Source: Pseudogymnoascus verrucosus
Lineage: Eukaryota
Assembly: GCA_001662655.1 (NCBI GenBank)
Contig: KV460234.1
Direction: 5' to 3' (one strand)
Length of the DNA: 64,000 bases
Shown here: one piece after another, positions 47,464-59,060 of the stretch
Layout: each line of letters starts with the position of its first letter
Numbering within the stretch: position 1 is the stretch's first letter
Made by a program: the position numbers and the translations under genes
The notes under the pieces: generated by a model
Databases searched by the model: none
Told to the model about the DNA's origin: nothing
Seen by the model: only the letters and a program-made list of their open reading frames with translations

Positions 47464-48881
47464 ATGTATTTAACATCCCTCAGACGCCCCCCAATGTGAG
47501 TCCTCAATCCATCAGTCATCCTCCTCAAACTTCTAAGACAGTCATCAAATCTGCATCCCGAACACCCTGCACCCCAGTCAACTAAAACATTTTTAGGCGC
47601 CTCCCACAACATCTCACCATGCTCCTTCGGACCACCCCCGCCCCAATCCGTCACACCTCCGCCCTCCACACCTCCGCACCCCCGCCCCTCACCCCAGAGC
47701 AAACCGCCATCGTGAAATCCACCGCCCCGGTCCTAGAGCAGCACGGCACCGCCATCACCTCCCACTTCTACAAGCGCATCCTCGCCGCCGTCCCGGAGCT
47801 GCGCAATGTCTTCAACGCCGCCCACCAGGAGTCAGGTGAGCAGCAGTCCGCGCTTGCCCGCGCAGTCTGGGGTTACGCTGCCCACATCGACGATCTGGAT
47901 AAGCTCTCCTCGACCGTCTCGCGCATTGGGCACAAGCATGCCGGACTCGGCGTAGCGCCAGAGCACTACCCCATCGTAGGCGAGCACCTCCTAGCCTCAA
48001 TCCAAGAAGTCCTCGGTGACGGCGTCAATGCCACTGTTATGGAGGCCTGGGCAGCTGCCTACGCGCAGCTTGCCGCAATCTTCATCGGTTTTGAGAAGGG
48101 TCTCTATGACGCCGCTGCCGCCACCCCAGGAGGTTGGAACGGCTGGCGCTCTTTCGTGGTCGAGCAGAAGACCCCAGAGAGCGGGGAAATCACTTCGTTC
48201 CACCTCGCGCCTCAAGACGGGCTTGCCCTCCCCCCTTTCCGTCCGGGACAGTTCGTAACAATTCGCTGTTTCGTGCCAGGCCTGAACCTCTTCCAGCCGC
48301 GCCAGTACTCCCTCTCTGCGCCTCCTGGATCCTCTCGGTTCCGTATCTCGGTCAAGCGCGAGGGGGGTGCTGATAGGCCTGCGGGTCATATCTCGAACTT
48401 GTTGCATGACGGGACGCCTGAGGGCGCGGTGCTGGATTTGAGTATGCCGTATGGAGATTTCACGCTCGATGCTGAGGCGACTACGCCTGTAGTCCTACTC
48501 AGTGGCGGCGTGGGACTGACACCCATGTTATCGATGCTGCAGACCATCACATCTGGTCCGTCAGAGCGGAAAGTTCATTTCGTGCATGCAGCGCGAAACC
48601 GCCATGTGCACGCTATGCGCGACGAGCTAGCGGCGGCGGTAGAGAAAAATGGGAACGTGTCGAGGGCGGTGTACTATGACGAGGTGGGGAAGGAGGATGT
48701 GAAGGGCGTGGATTATGATTTCCAGGGCCGCGTAGAGTTTGCGAGGACGGAGGCGCTGGTGGAGGGCGCGGATTATTATATTTGTGGCCCGGTGCCGTTT
48801 ATGGCGAAGCAGAGGGCGGATTTGGAGAGGTTGGGCGTGGAGCCTGGGAGGATTCATTCGGAGGTGTTTGGGGCTGCGTAG
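47464..48881 (+). CDS. YHB1: Flavohemoglobin (NO dioxygenase) with predicted mitochondrial presequence
   Basis: Exon 1 47464-47495, intron 47496-47596. Globin (IGHKH..PEHYPIVGEHLL), FAD domain (RQYSLS, ISVKRE), NAD domain (SGGVGLTPM, YICGP, HSEVFG). Confidence 0.95.
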
Positions 48882-49432
48882 ATATGGGACGGGAAGGAGG
48901 TGTAGGATATGGGTACTGTAGATGGTTTTGGTTTTGGTGTTGTCTTTTTGGCGTATGGGGTCGCGTTGGGATACACTCACTCTCCCCTTAATGATAGCGG
49001 ATATGTGGAATTGCCATAAAAGTAGAGGTTACGGTACTGATATATGGATATAGAGATAGAGATAGAAAAGTCCACCCTTATTAGATGAAGGCATTGGCAC
49101 TGTATATAATTTAGACCGCTTCCTAATACATTTACTCTCACGTTCTTCGTCCTTGGCTTTTACTTTGTGAGCTCAGCATCGCGATAACCAACCTCGACAG
49201 CAACTCCAATGTGTGGAACGCACCCGTACGTATTGATGTCAAACAACAGAAGACTAAAGATGCTATGTTCATGATTCTTATAGTGCTATGCTATATACGT
49301 TACTGGTATAATGTGTCCTATTTACGCTAGGCTTCGAACAACCTCCTTCCACCTCCACAACAAAGAGCAACAAGCAAAATGCCTCCCACAACAACTCAAC
49401 ATAGTCCAGCCAACTCAGCCAACAAACTCCAC

Positions 49433-52421
49433 TCAAGCTAAAGTCGGGGTCGTCGTCCCCTTCCCACTCGACATGCTATACGGCGCCTGGGACTCATTAG
49501 CTTCACTCAGAAAAGAAAGGGTTGGATCAAACTCACCAGCACCTTCCGCGCATTACAAATTCTCCACGCCAAATTCCTCACATTCCCATCCGCCAACACC
49601 ACTCCCGGCGCAAACTCAACACCAAATACTTCCTTAACCGCAAACACCACGCGGCGCGCGTACTTGCTCTCGCGCTCGACCAACTCTCCGAAGCCATCCT
49701 CCACTCCATCGGGCGCCACCTCCGGGTCGCGATCGAAGCAGTTGCGTACCACAGGGAGCAACGCCTCTTCAATAGCAACACGCACGGGTCCCGTCGTGTC
49801 CTCCTCGTCAAAGCGTGCAAGGCGCACGGTGAACGGCCGCGAGATAGCCATGACGTTGTGCTTGCCATCATGGTGGTACCGGAACTCGAACACGCCGTGC
49901 GTCCAGAACAGTTTGTCGCCACCGAAGACCATCTCGCCCTGCACGAGGTCGCTCTCGCCGTCGCCACCTTTGTACGGCTTGTTCGACGAGAGGATACCGG
50001 TGTCAGCGATGGAGGAGTCGTATTCGTCGCGCGAGGTGGGAATCCAGCGCCCAACGGAGGCGATGCGGGTGACGTCTCGCGAGGCGTTGTCAGCGACCAT
50101 GTAGAGACCGATCCAGTCCTTGTGGCTGTGGTTGGCAGGGGCGGTCCACTTCACGCGGATGGGGGCACCGTATTCGAAGGTTCGGGATTTGAAGGGGCTG
50201 CTTGTGGTGGTAGAGGAGTCTTCGATGTTGATGGAGTAGTCCTTGGGGTTGTAGCCTGCGAGGTCGGGTGCCAGGCGAGTGATAGTCAGTCGTGCAGGGT
50301 ACTGCTGGAAGAGTGCCGTGGTGTCGCGGACAAAGGTGGAAACACCAGTCGCGAGCTTGGGACGAGCAGCATCGAGGAAGTCCTCGACAAAGTGACCGGT
50401 ATCTCCCAGGACCTTGTCGACGCTGCCGTGCCATGACTTGAAGTGTGGTGGCAGGGAGTTGCGGAAAGTCTTTGTCAGCCCAGCCTCTTTGCGGAGGCTC
50501 TGTCCGTAAAGCTTCTGCATGTGAGGCTTCTCAACGAATTGGATGAAGCCGAGAGCGAGCATGTGGCTAAGTAAGGCCAGGAAGAACACGGCCTTGCTAT
50601 TCGTAATGAATACTGCTCCCCAGACACCCGCGAGGCCGATGATGCGCTCCGGGTTGTTCAGGTATCTGTAGATGCCGCTGTATGTCAGTTTTGGTGCATG
50701 GTCGAAGAAGAAATCGCCGTAGAACCATCCAAACTCGCTGAGAGACTCGTAGATGCTCACAGCAGTCCAGAGCTGCAGAGCCACAAGGGCGAATCCAAGA
50801 ACATGTCTTAAGAGGACTAGTCCGTAGTCCCAGTCTGGCGGAGACGAATACGATTTCCATGCTGCTGCAACGAAACTGATCCAAGCCATTGACATGCTGA
50901 GGTGATACATGCCCTTCCATTGACGCCATGCCTCCTCTGCGCTCTCTCCGTACTTGACAAAGTGGCGGGTCCACAGCTTCATGTTAGATTGTTGATCGAG
51001 GATTATTCCCAATCCAAGGCTGTACCATAATCGCCACGCGGTAGCATGGAGGACAAATAATGCCTGCCAAATTGGTGTGCTAGGCGTAAAGAAGGTCAAC
51101 AGCGCGGTGTACATCACCAGGAGGAGTACAGACACGTCCGTGATCCGATATGGGTCAATATTGTCAAATCCCATGACATTGTGGAGGTTAGACGGCAGGG
51201 CAGGTGTCACTGGAGACCTGGGTCTGATGGGTTCCAAGACAGGTTCCTCTGGCACTCCCTCAGCAACAGCTGCTTCGTGGCTTGCTTCCTCAACTTCGGC
51301 ATGGGTAGGGTTCGTATCTCTTCTGGTTCTTGGCGCGGGGGGGTTGTAGATCTTCTCAATATGAGGGTTCTCAACCAAGACAAGGAATGCGAATTGGGCG
51401 GCGTGTGCAATAATGGAGATGAAAAGCACCGAGTAGCTGGAGGCCATCATAGAGATGCCATAGTATCCGGCGTATCCGACGGAGTACATGGGATGAGGCG
51501 CCATCTCAAAAACGCCGTCGAATGTCAACTCTTGGTCGATAAGGTAGAAAAAGTCACCCCAGTACCATGCATAATCTTTGACAACACGATGGGCATCAAG
51601 CTTGACCCAGACATTAAAACCGAAGAGGATAAGGCCAGTGACCCAGCGGGCCGCGAACATCAGATAGCTCTCATTCACTGGTTGGCTTCCACATGCAATC
51701 GCGAATAGGCAGTACGTTGAGAAATCGCACATGAGAATGAGATCTACGACACGTCGGAAGACAAGCCAGGTGTTATACTCGATCGGCGCCTTCTCAAAAC
51801 TGTAATCTTCCGGAATCTTTGCCTCCAGCTCGCGCTTCAGAAGGTCATACAACCAAGGTCTTGGATTCTTTCCCGATTCTGGCTTCTCGAAGAGCTTCCA
51901 TTGCTTCGCCCAAGTCTCCATCTGTCTGTGGTTGGATTGTACGCGTAGGAGGTAGCCAATCCCCACATTGTAGCAAGCTCTCCAGAACAGAAATACGACA
52001 GCAAATAGAGGGACCCGGAGAAATCGTGGGAGGATGTAGAGGAGCAGGATGTGGCCAGCCATGACGGCCAAAACGGCCACATCAGAAAAGTTCTTTGGCT
52101 GTCGAGGGTCGAGGAGCTGCGAGACCATGTCGTGTGTGTGGGGAACTGTGAAGACTACGCGGGGTAAGAGTTAGTCGGGTTCTTGCTTTTTACTCATTAT
52201 TTCCCAACGGCAGCTCCAGATGCACTGAGCTCTGCAGCGCGGGACAAAAACTTACTGGTTCCGTCTGGGGTTCGCCCAAACGTCTTCTTCTCCTTCTCCA
52301 GCTCCTCCACATCGGCGGCATCGCCCGCATTAATGACGTTTGGCGTGTTTTTCTCATCAGAAAGTCCATGCCTCTCTCTCAGGCCCTCCGCCCTGGTGGG
52401 CGGCTCATGGGATGTGCTCAT
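49433..52421 (-). CDS. CHO2: Phosphatidylethanolamine N-methyltransferase
   Basis: Introns 52255-52155 and 49536-49487. [54 protein letters not shown]. Confidence 0.96.
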
Positions 52422-53447
52422 GTTTGTCGCGCTCGCAAATGTAGAAAAAGAAAACTCGCTAAGCACAAGAGCACAGAATAAATGGTTTGCAGTTATCACA
52501 AGACCGTGGGCGACGTTGACAGATTGAGCCCGCTCTCGGATAAGCTCCAGAGAGGGTCTGGTCCACTTTTTAACGGGGGGAGCTGAGCTGTTGCTTCGAT
52601 AGAGTTCCAACGAAAGCCAAAGCTTTTTATTATGGTCTTATCGGCGGGTTTCTATGTAGATTTTGGTTGGATTTGGTTGGATTTCCGAGTCTGGTGTCTG
52701 TTGTTTGTCCTTATATAGCCGGGAATCGGGAGAGTGAGGGTATATTCAGATGATCTACTTGAGTTACAGTGTACTCTTGGACTGTGTTCTGCAGTGTGTT
52801 CTGTATTCTGTATTCTGTGTACTTGTTGGCATGAGTTCAACGGCGTCTGTATGGTGCAGATCTATGCACAGTATGCAGAGTATAGTAGAGTACATTAACA
52901 AGGAAAGCACAAACCGTGCCTTGTTGGAGAGACAAATAAACGAAAGTCACCGCCCACCAACACCACCGCCCCAGCGGTCAGGAAGGGCAAAATGACATGG
53001 TAATTGAACCGCGTGTGGCCGAGAGAGACACATTAAAGACAGCAGAGCTATCCACCAATTTATCCACCAGTTATCAGATATAATATATAGTTTATTAATG
53101 TATTTATACTTATATTTCAACGTCAAAACAGAAAAAAAGCCCAATAATGACGAAATATAAAAAGAAAACAATAATAAATGCAATACAACTCTAATTGGGA
53201 TCCTTGACACGTGAAAATTGGGTAGCAGCACACGAGCAGCCAATCCGGGCGTAGCTCCATCTGTCCTTACGCTTTGCCTTATTTTGACTTCCCGTGGTTG
53301 ACCGCCTCCCGATTAAATTCATTCTGCCAACGTGCTTATCAATTTCCGAGGAGTTTCCCAAATATATACCCCGCCACCAGCATCTCTCACCAACTTCACC
53401 TCGTCAACAACACGCATGTTGGGCGATTTCGACTCCTCAAATCCATC

Positions 53448-54482
53448 ATGTCTCCCTCACTAGAAGAACCGACCGCCAGCGATGTCCTCGATGTCATCAA
53501 AAACCCGCTCAAAGCCCCGCCACAGCTGGTCGCCCCAGAGCCAGAACACTGTGTAGGTCCAGAGTCCGAACAAGCCGGCACCGCAGATTCCTGCCAAGGT
53601 TGCCCTAACCAAGCCATCTGCGCTTCCGCACCGAAGGGTCCTGATCCCGATATACCACTCATTACGGCACGCCTTGCATCCATCTCTCATAAGATCCTCG
53701 TCCTCAGTGGCAAGGGCGGCGTGGGCAAGTCCACCTTCACCACCCTCCTAGCGCACGCCTTCGCCCGCAACCCCGCCTCCACAGTCGGCATTATGGACAC
53801 AGATATCTGCGGGCCCTCGATCCCCAAGATGATGGGTGTGGAAACCGAGACCATCCACGTCAGCGCCTCGGGCTGGAGTCCCGTCTGGGTTGCCGACAAC
53901 CTCGCCGTTATGTCCGTCCAGTTCATGCTTCCTTCCCGCGACGATGCTGTTATCTGGCGCGGCGCAAAGAAGAACGGATTAATCAAGCAATTCCTCAAAG
54001 ACGTCGAGTGGGGGCCCATGGACTTCCTACTTGTGGATACTCCGCCAGGAACATCCGATGAGCATCTCAGCGTCAATGCATTCCTCAAGGAGAGTGGCGT
54101 TGATGGTGCAGTTGTGGTCACCACGCCGCAGGAAGTTGCGCTCCTGGATGTGCGTAAGGAGATCGATTTCTGTCGTAAGGCAGGCATCAAGGTCTTAGGG
54201 CTCGTAGAGAACATGTCAGGGTTCGTGTGTCCGAAGTGCACGCACGAGAGTCAGATCTTCCAGGCGACGACTGGAGGAGGGCTCGCGCTGGCAAAGGAAA
54301 TGGGCATTCCATTCCTTGGGTCCGTGCCACTGGATCCGCGAATCGGAATGAGCTGTGATTATGGAGAGAGCTTCTTCGATGCCTATCCAGATAGCCCGGC
54401 TTGTGCGGCCTTGAAGGATGTTGTCAGGAGGGTGGGAAAAGAGGTCGGATTAGATGCAAAGGATGTCTTGCCTGAGGATTGA
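53448..54482 (+). CDS. NBP35: Cytosolic Fe-S cluster assembly factor Nbp35
   Basis: N-terminal C-x13-CxxC-x5-C cluster, [29 protein letters not shown]. Confidence 0.96.
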   Translation: MSPSLEEPTASDVLDVIKNPLKAPPQLVAPEPEHCVGPESEQAGTADSCQGCPNQAICASAPKGPDPDIPLITARLASISHKILVLSGKGGVGKSTFTTLLAHAFARNPASTVGIMDTDICGPSIPKMMGVETETIHVSASGWSPVWVADNLAVMSVQFMLPSRDDAVIWRGAKKNGLIKQFLKDVEWGPMDFLLVDTPPGTSDEHLSVNAFLKESGVDGAVVVTTPQEVALLDVRKEIDFCRKAGIKVLGLVENMSGFVCPKCTHESQIFQATTGGGLALAKEMGIPFLGSVPLDPRIGMSCDYGESFFDAYPDSPACAALKDVVRRVGKEVGLDAKDVLPED

Positions 54483-55073
54483 AAGGTGAACATGTTAGCC
54501 AGCGGCCGATGAGGCTGCCGTCAGGGACCTCACAACGACGTCAACGCGTCGCTCACTATCAAGACAAGGGCAGAGGAATAGCCAATCCGCCATACTGGTC
54601 AGGCTTAAAGGATAGAATTCTCCAAGCCAAGTCAAGTTGAGCCGCAATATACCCCATAGGTGCCATATACACGTTCGTAGAACTAGGTAATGCACCAGTT
54701 GCTGCAAAGCATCAGTTAGTCAAGAATCAAGAAATAATCCAATAGTATCAGTATCCATATGTCAGATGTAATGCTGTGTCGCTCTCGCCGTCTGCTCTCG
54801 CCGTCTATTTCCATCGTTTAGCGGACATGCAGCCCCTTTGTCTCCAGGGGAATCCCCAATCCTCATCCCCATTACCAGAACCTCAGGCCAACACCCCCCC
54901 TCCCACAGGCGAAGCACCCCCTTATAACCCAACTTAACTCACTCTCCTTTCAAGCGGCACAGTAGCGCAGTGGAAGTACCACTGTCTGGACAATCTGGCC
55001 AGGGCTTGGAAATGAATAAAAAAGGGCACCAATTCGACTCCCAGCAATCGACGACAATAAAAAAACAAGTTCA

Positions 55074-55130
55074 ACTTCGAGCAACCGACAAGAAATAAAC
55101 GATGACTTCGAGCAACCAACAAGAATAAAC
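55074..55130 (+). repeat. Two-copy ~27-bp direct repeat
   Basis: acttcgagcaaccgacaagaaataaac / acttcgagcaaccaacaagaataaac. Confidence 0.8.
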
Positions 55131-56180
55131 AACGAATACATAACATAACATCAAAAAGTAAAATCAAGTGATTTTCTCCTCATCAAATCTCAAGACGCTG
55201 AGATTTGATGAGCCTTTTGCACTTTTGACCTTTAATTAAGTCTTTTTCTTCAGGTTATCTTTACTTTTGTTATTCTCGGATTTTAAAGCTGTTTGTGAGA
55301 CGCAGTGATCGGAGGTCAGTCTTCATACAAACAACCACCTCCAAATATTCAGTACTCCTCTCCAAATCCACCCGCACAATATAATAATCTTCTCCTTCCG
55401 TCTTCTCCCTCAGGCTCTTCAACGAAGCTTCCAAGATTCTCTCGTTATCTCTGTAGGTCAACGGGGGCTGCATGCGGAAATGTCAACCCACGTGATGGGG
55501 TTCAACAACAAAGCATCCTCGCCGTCTTCTCCAGATGCATACTGTTTACCGTGGAGAGCGCCTCAAAATATCTAAATCTTACAAATACGTGACAAGATAA
55601 ATGACTATGCATATGAGCATCTGGTTTATTTGGTTGTGGAAGAAGTTATTGAGTTCGAAGATTTACCCCTTTATATTTATCATATCAAATATATAAAACC
55701 ACTCACACATAATCGCACCTAATAACCTACATATGTGCCGTCTGAATATCCAAATATTGATGCCATATAACCTTCCCACATGTGGCTCCCTCGCAACCCA
55801 AACCTGATTCCGAAAAGTAGACAAGATGTTTGTTAGATCAGCCCTTTCCCTCGAGTCGGCCACGCTCACGACAAAGAAGATCCGCAAGCATCATCCCCTT
55901 TATTCCTCGTCCTCAAGATCTTTTGTCCTCACCTCGCATCATCTTTATTCACACACCCGTCCTTGTCTTCCCTCGCCGTCCTCGCCCATCAAAGGACCCC
56001 TCTCCCAAACAAAGCACTTTCGTATACTCATCCACCCCTTAAAATGCCCATCCCTATAGGCCCCCTCGAATATTTGTTTTACTTCTCAATCCATCGATCG
56101 ACAACAATTCACTCCTCCCCAACGCGACTAAGCACACAATTAAACCCACAAACCACCGCTCGAACAAGAGCTAGGCCGCC

Positions 56181-59060
56181 ATGCCTCCCAAAAAAGGAGT
56201 CTCGCAAGGAGGGCTAGGAAGCCGCACCGGGCTACGAAGCCAAGGGGGCACCAACACCAACCCGCCAGAACCCAGCGCAGGCGCAGGCGCCCCCGCGTTC
56301 GACCCAAACAACCCATACGCCCCCGGCGCCCTACCACCTCGCTCCTTCTACGGTCCAGGATTCCAGGGACCCACACCCACCCCATCCCTGTCCACTCCCT
56401 CGCAACTCCAGCCCCGGCCCGGCGAGGATCCCGCGGCGTTCGAGCGGCGCCGCGAAACGCGGAATCGACTCAACGCCATGCAGAGAGAGAGGCGGGCTCG
56501 GAGTCGCGCGGCTGCCTTGGCTGCCTTGGCTGCCGAGGATGGTGGGGATGGTGGGGATGATGGGGATGATGGGGATGGTGGGGAGGCGGCGGCGGAACCG
56601 CGGAAGAGGAAAGGGCCTAGGAAGTTGCTGGTGGATAGGATAAATGAGGCGGCGACGAGGGTGACGAGGAGTGCGGTCGAGAGGGACGAGGAGCTCGGAA
56701 ACTGCCTTCATTGCTCCAGGGGCCCGACGTGGCCGCTGAAGTGCCATGGTGGCGATGAGTGTATTGAGTGCGAGGTGAGAGGGATTGCGTGCAATAGGGG
56801 GAATAAAAGGCACTTCGACGTAAACCGGAGAAGACAGCTGGAGGGAGTGGAGCCCTGGCGCCCGGATGTTGATCAATGCCAACAATGCAAGAGTAGGGGC
56901 AGTAAGTGTTTTATGCCCAATATGCTGCTGCCGGGGCCGTGCGACATGTGCCGGCTGAGTGGTCTGGAGTGCAGTATAGAGCCTCTTCCGGTGAGGCGAT
57001 GTCCGAATTGTCACTGGGAGCACAAATGTGTTGAGTGCGCCAGAAACCACCTACGCTGCGATGGAAAAATCCCCTGCTTGGTGTGCGTCCGCAGAAATAT
57101 CGAGTGTGTTGGCCTTAAACCCGATGGATCTTGTCCGGATATACCTATATCAACATATGGCACGGGTCTGCCACCCCCTCCGCAGCGTATGAAGGTTAGG
57201 CCCACTGTTGATATGAGGAATTGGCCGCCACCGAGTGGTCGACTTGAAATTTCAGGCAATGTGGCCATTCCAGGCGCTCCTAGAGAGTATCAAGTCTTAA
57301 ACGTTGGAGCAGGGTATCCCGGTGTTGCAGGACCAGCTCCAGGAGCATATGTAAGTCCATACGCAGGACCAGGACCAGCGGCAGAACCAGCTGCAGGGCC
57401 AACTGTCGGAATATTTCCACCACCAGTCGCAGGACCATCTTTGGGACCATCTCCAGGACCCGTCCCAGGACCATCTTCAGGTCCATTTGTAGTTGCAGGT
57501 CAACTTTCAGATCCATTTGTAGGACCGACCCAGTCCCCACCCGTCGCGGCAGGTCCAAGTTCCCAGCCGCCCGGGCAAAATCCTGGATCCAACCCCAATA
57601 ACTTCCGCAACAGCCTCTACAACCCCTTCGACGACGACAAGCCACCATGCAGCCACTGCAGAGCGGATCCCCAGCACCGCATTTGCGACCAGGACACCCC
57701 CTGCTGGGAATGCTCTCAACGAGGCATCCTAGAGCCAGAAGACTGCCGGACCTCCCGACCATGCGAGCTCTGCTTCATGAACGAGCTGCCATGCGACGCC
57801 GGTTCTCCCTGCCAGAACTGCATGTTCCTCGGATTCGGCGTTGATGAGTGCCGTCCCGAAGGTCTCGGTCCCCAACAATACTTCCCGGATAACCCAGAAG
57901 AATCCGATGACGAGCCGTACATTCGCCTCCCAGGACAGCCGGAATTCGACTACAGCTGTGCCTTCTGCGTCGCGTATGGGTTCCAGGGGTGCGATCCGCG
58001 GGATCGGCCGTGTTTGCCGTGCATCCAGCACGGACGGACGGCGTTGCAGTGTCGCTTTGAAGAACGCTGTGCTAGGTGCATAGAGCTGGATGTGCCCTGT
58101 GATGGCAAAATGCCTTGCTCCTTGTGCGCCAACGCGGATGGGTTGACTAGTATGACGTGCCTCGGCCGCGGGGACACAACGATGCCGGGGACCTTCATCA
58201 ACGAGCCCCCTCAGGAGGGAGACGACATCCCGATGGGCGAGGGAGGTGACTACCCACCTCCCGATGGATTTGGGTATCAGTTCCCCCCACAAGGCGGGAA
58301 TGACCCCTTTGCTCCACCTGGAGTACCACAAGAGTATGTCGACCCTGCCGCTTTAGTTGCTCAAGGAATCCCAGGACAATCAATCCTTCCACAGGAAGAG
58401 GTCCCTCGAGTACCACCCGGAGGCTTCTTCTTCCCGCCGGCACACGTCCGAGAGACACTTCTCCCCCACTACCGCATCCGCACAGATGTATACGGCAACG
58501 GGCAATTCGATCCTCAACCAGGAGCCCATGTCAACTGGCGGCCGTGGAATGAAAACTTCAGGTGCAAAGAGACCCTTGCAAGTGGGTATGTTTGCAACGT
58601 CCTCCCAACCATGGACTGTGACGGCGGCGAAGAGCACGGAGACGAGGTATGGGGCGTTTGCGGGGCGTGCCGCGTACGTGCGGAGGAAAGCACGGCTCAA
58701 CTCCTGGAAGAGATTGAGGAGAAGAAGAACCTGTTTTGCTGCTTCACATGCTCACAGGCACAGATGAATAAGTTCCTCAGCGGCACTGGATTCGAGAATA
58801 GTGAGACATTGGTGGATAATCACTGTGATTGCGACACTCAGATGCGGGCTTGGCTGTGCTATGCGTGTAAGACTAAGGTGATCTATGCTGTGGGCAACCG
58901 GATGATAACGACGAGGGAAAAGCTGACGCGAGATTCTGATAACGCTATACTCTGTCCAAGATGTGGAGTTGAACCTGGGAATAAGGAGGCGGCGTATACT
59001 TTGGCTAATGGGGTCGCGAGGTGTTCGAGCTGCTGGGTTTGGATTAACTATGCGAAGTGA
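56181..59060 (+). CDS. Intronless 959-aa protein with seven Zn(II)2Cys6-like modules and a Cys-rich C-terminal domain
   Basis: Single long ORF; seven CxxC-x6-9-C-x5-10-CxxC-x6-10-C units; basic NLS-like PRKRKGPRK; Pro/Gly linkers. Confidence 0.85.
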   Translation: MPPKKGVSQGGLGSRTGLRSQGGTNTNPPEPSAGAGAPAFDPNNPYAPGALPPRSFYGPGFQGPTPTPSLSTPSQLQPRPGEDPAAFERRRETRNRLNAMQRERRARSRAAALAALAAEDGGDGGDDGDDGDGGEAAAEPRKRKGPRKLLVDRINEAATRVTRSAVERDEELGNCLHCSRGPTWPLKCHGGDECIECEVRGIACNRGNKRHFDVNRRRQLEGVEPWRPDVDQCQQCKSRGSKCFMPNMLLPGPCDMCRLSGLECSIEPLPVRRCPNCHWEHKCVECARNHLRCDGKIPCLVCVRRNIECVGLKPDGSCPDIPISTYGTGLPPPPQRMKVRPTVDMRNWPPPSGRLEISGNVAIPGAPREYQVLNVGAGYPGVAGPAPGAYVSPYAGPGPAAEPAAGPTVGIFPPPVAGPSLGPSPGPVPGPSSGPFVVAGQLSDPFVGPTQSPPVAAGPSSQPPGQNPGSNPNNFRNSLYNPFDDDKPPCSHCRADPQHRICDQDTPCWECSQRGILEPEDCRTSRPCELCFMNELPCDAGSPCQNCMFLGFGVDECRPEGLGPQQYFPDNPEESDDEPYIRLPGQPEFDYSCAFCVAYGFQGCDPRDRPCLPCIQHGRTALQCRFEERCARCIELDVPCDGKMPCSLCANADGLTSMTCLGRGDTTMPGTFINEPPQEGDDIPMGEGGDYPPPDGFGYQFPPQGGNDPFAPPGVPQEYVDPAALVAQGIPGQSILPQEEVPRVPPGGFFFPPAHVRETLLPHYRIRTDVYGNGQFDPQPGAHVNWRPWNENFRCKETLASGYVCNVLPTMDCDGGEEHGDEVWGVCGACRVRAEESTAQLLEEIEEKKNLFCCFTCSQAQMNKFLSGTGFENSETLVDNHCDCDTQMRAWLCYACKTKVIYAVGNRMITTREKLTRDSDNAILCPRCGVEPGNKEAAYTLANGVARCSSCWVWINYAK

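Noticed and set aside
49522..50436. 304-aa plus-strand ORF
   Set aside because: Antisense shadow of GC-rich CHO2 codons.
53274..53447. N-terminal extension of NBP35 in the ORF track
   Set aside because: TTG-initiated and UTR-like; the recognisable protein begins at ATG 53448.
56331..58331. Several 160-240-aa minus-strand ORFs
   Set aside because: Antisense to the multi-zinc-cluster gene, with no independent coding signal.
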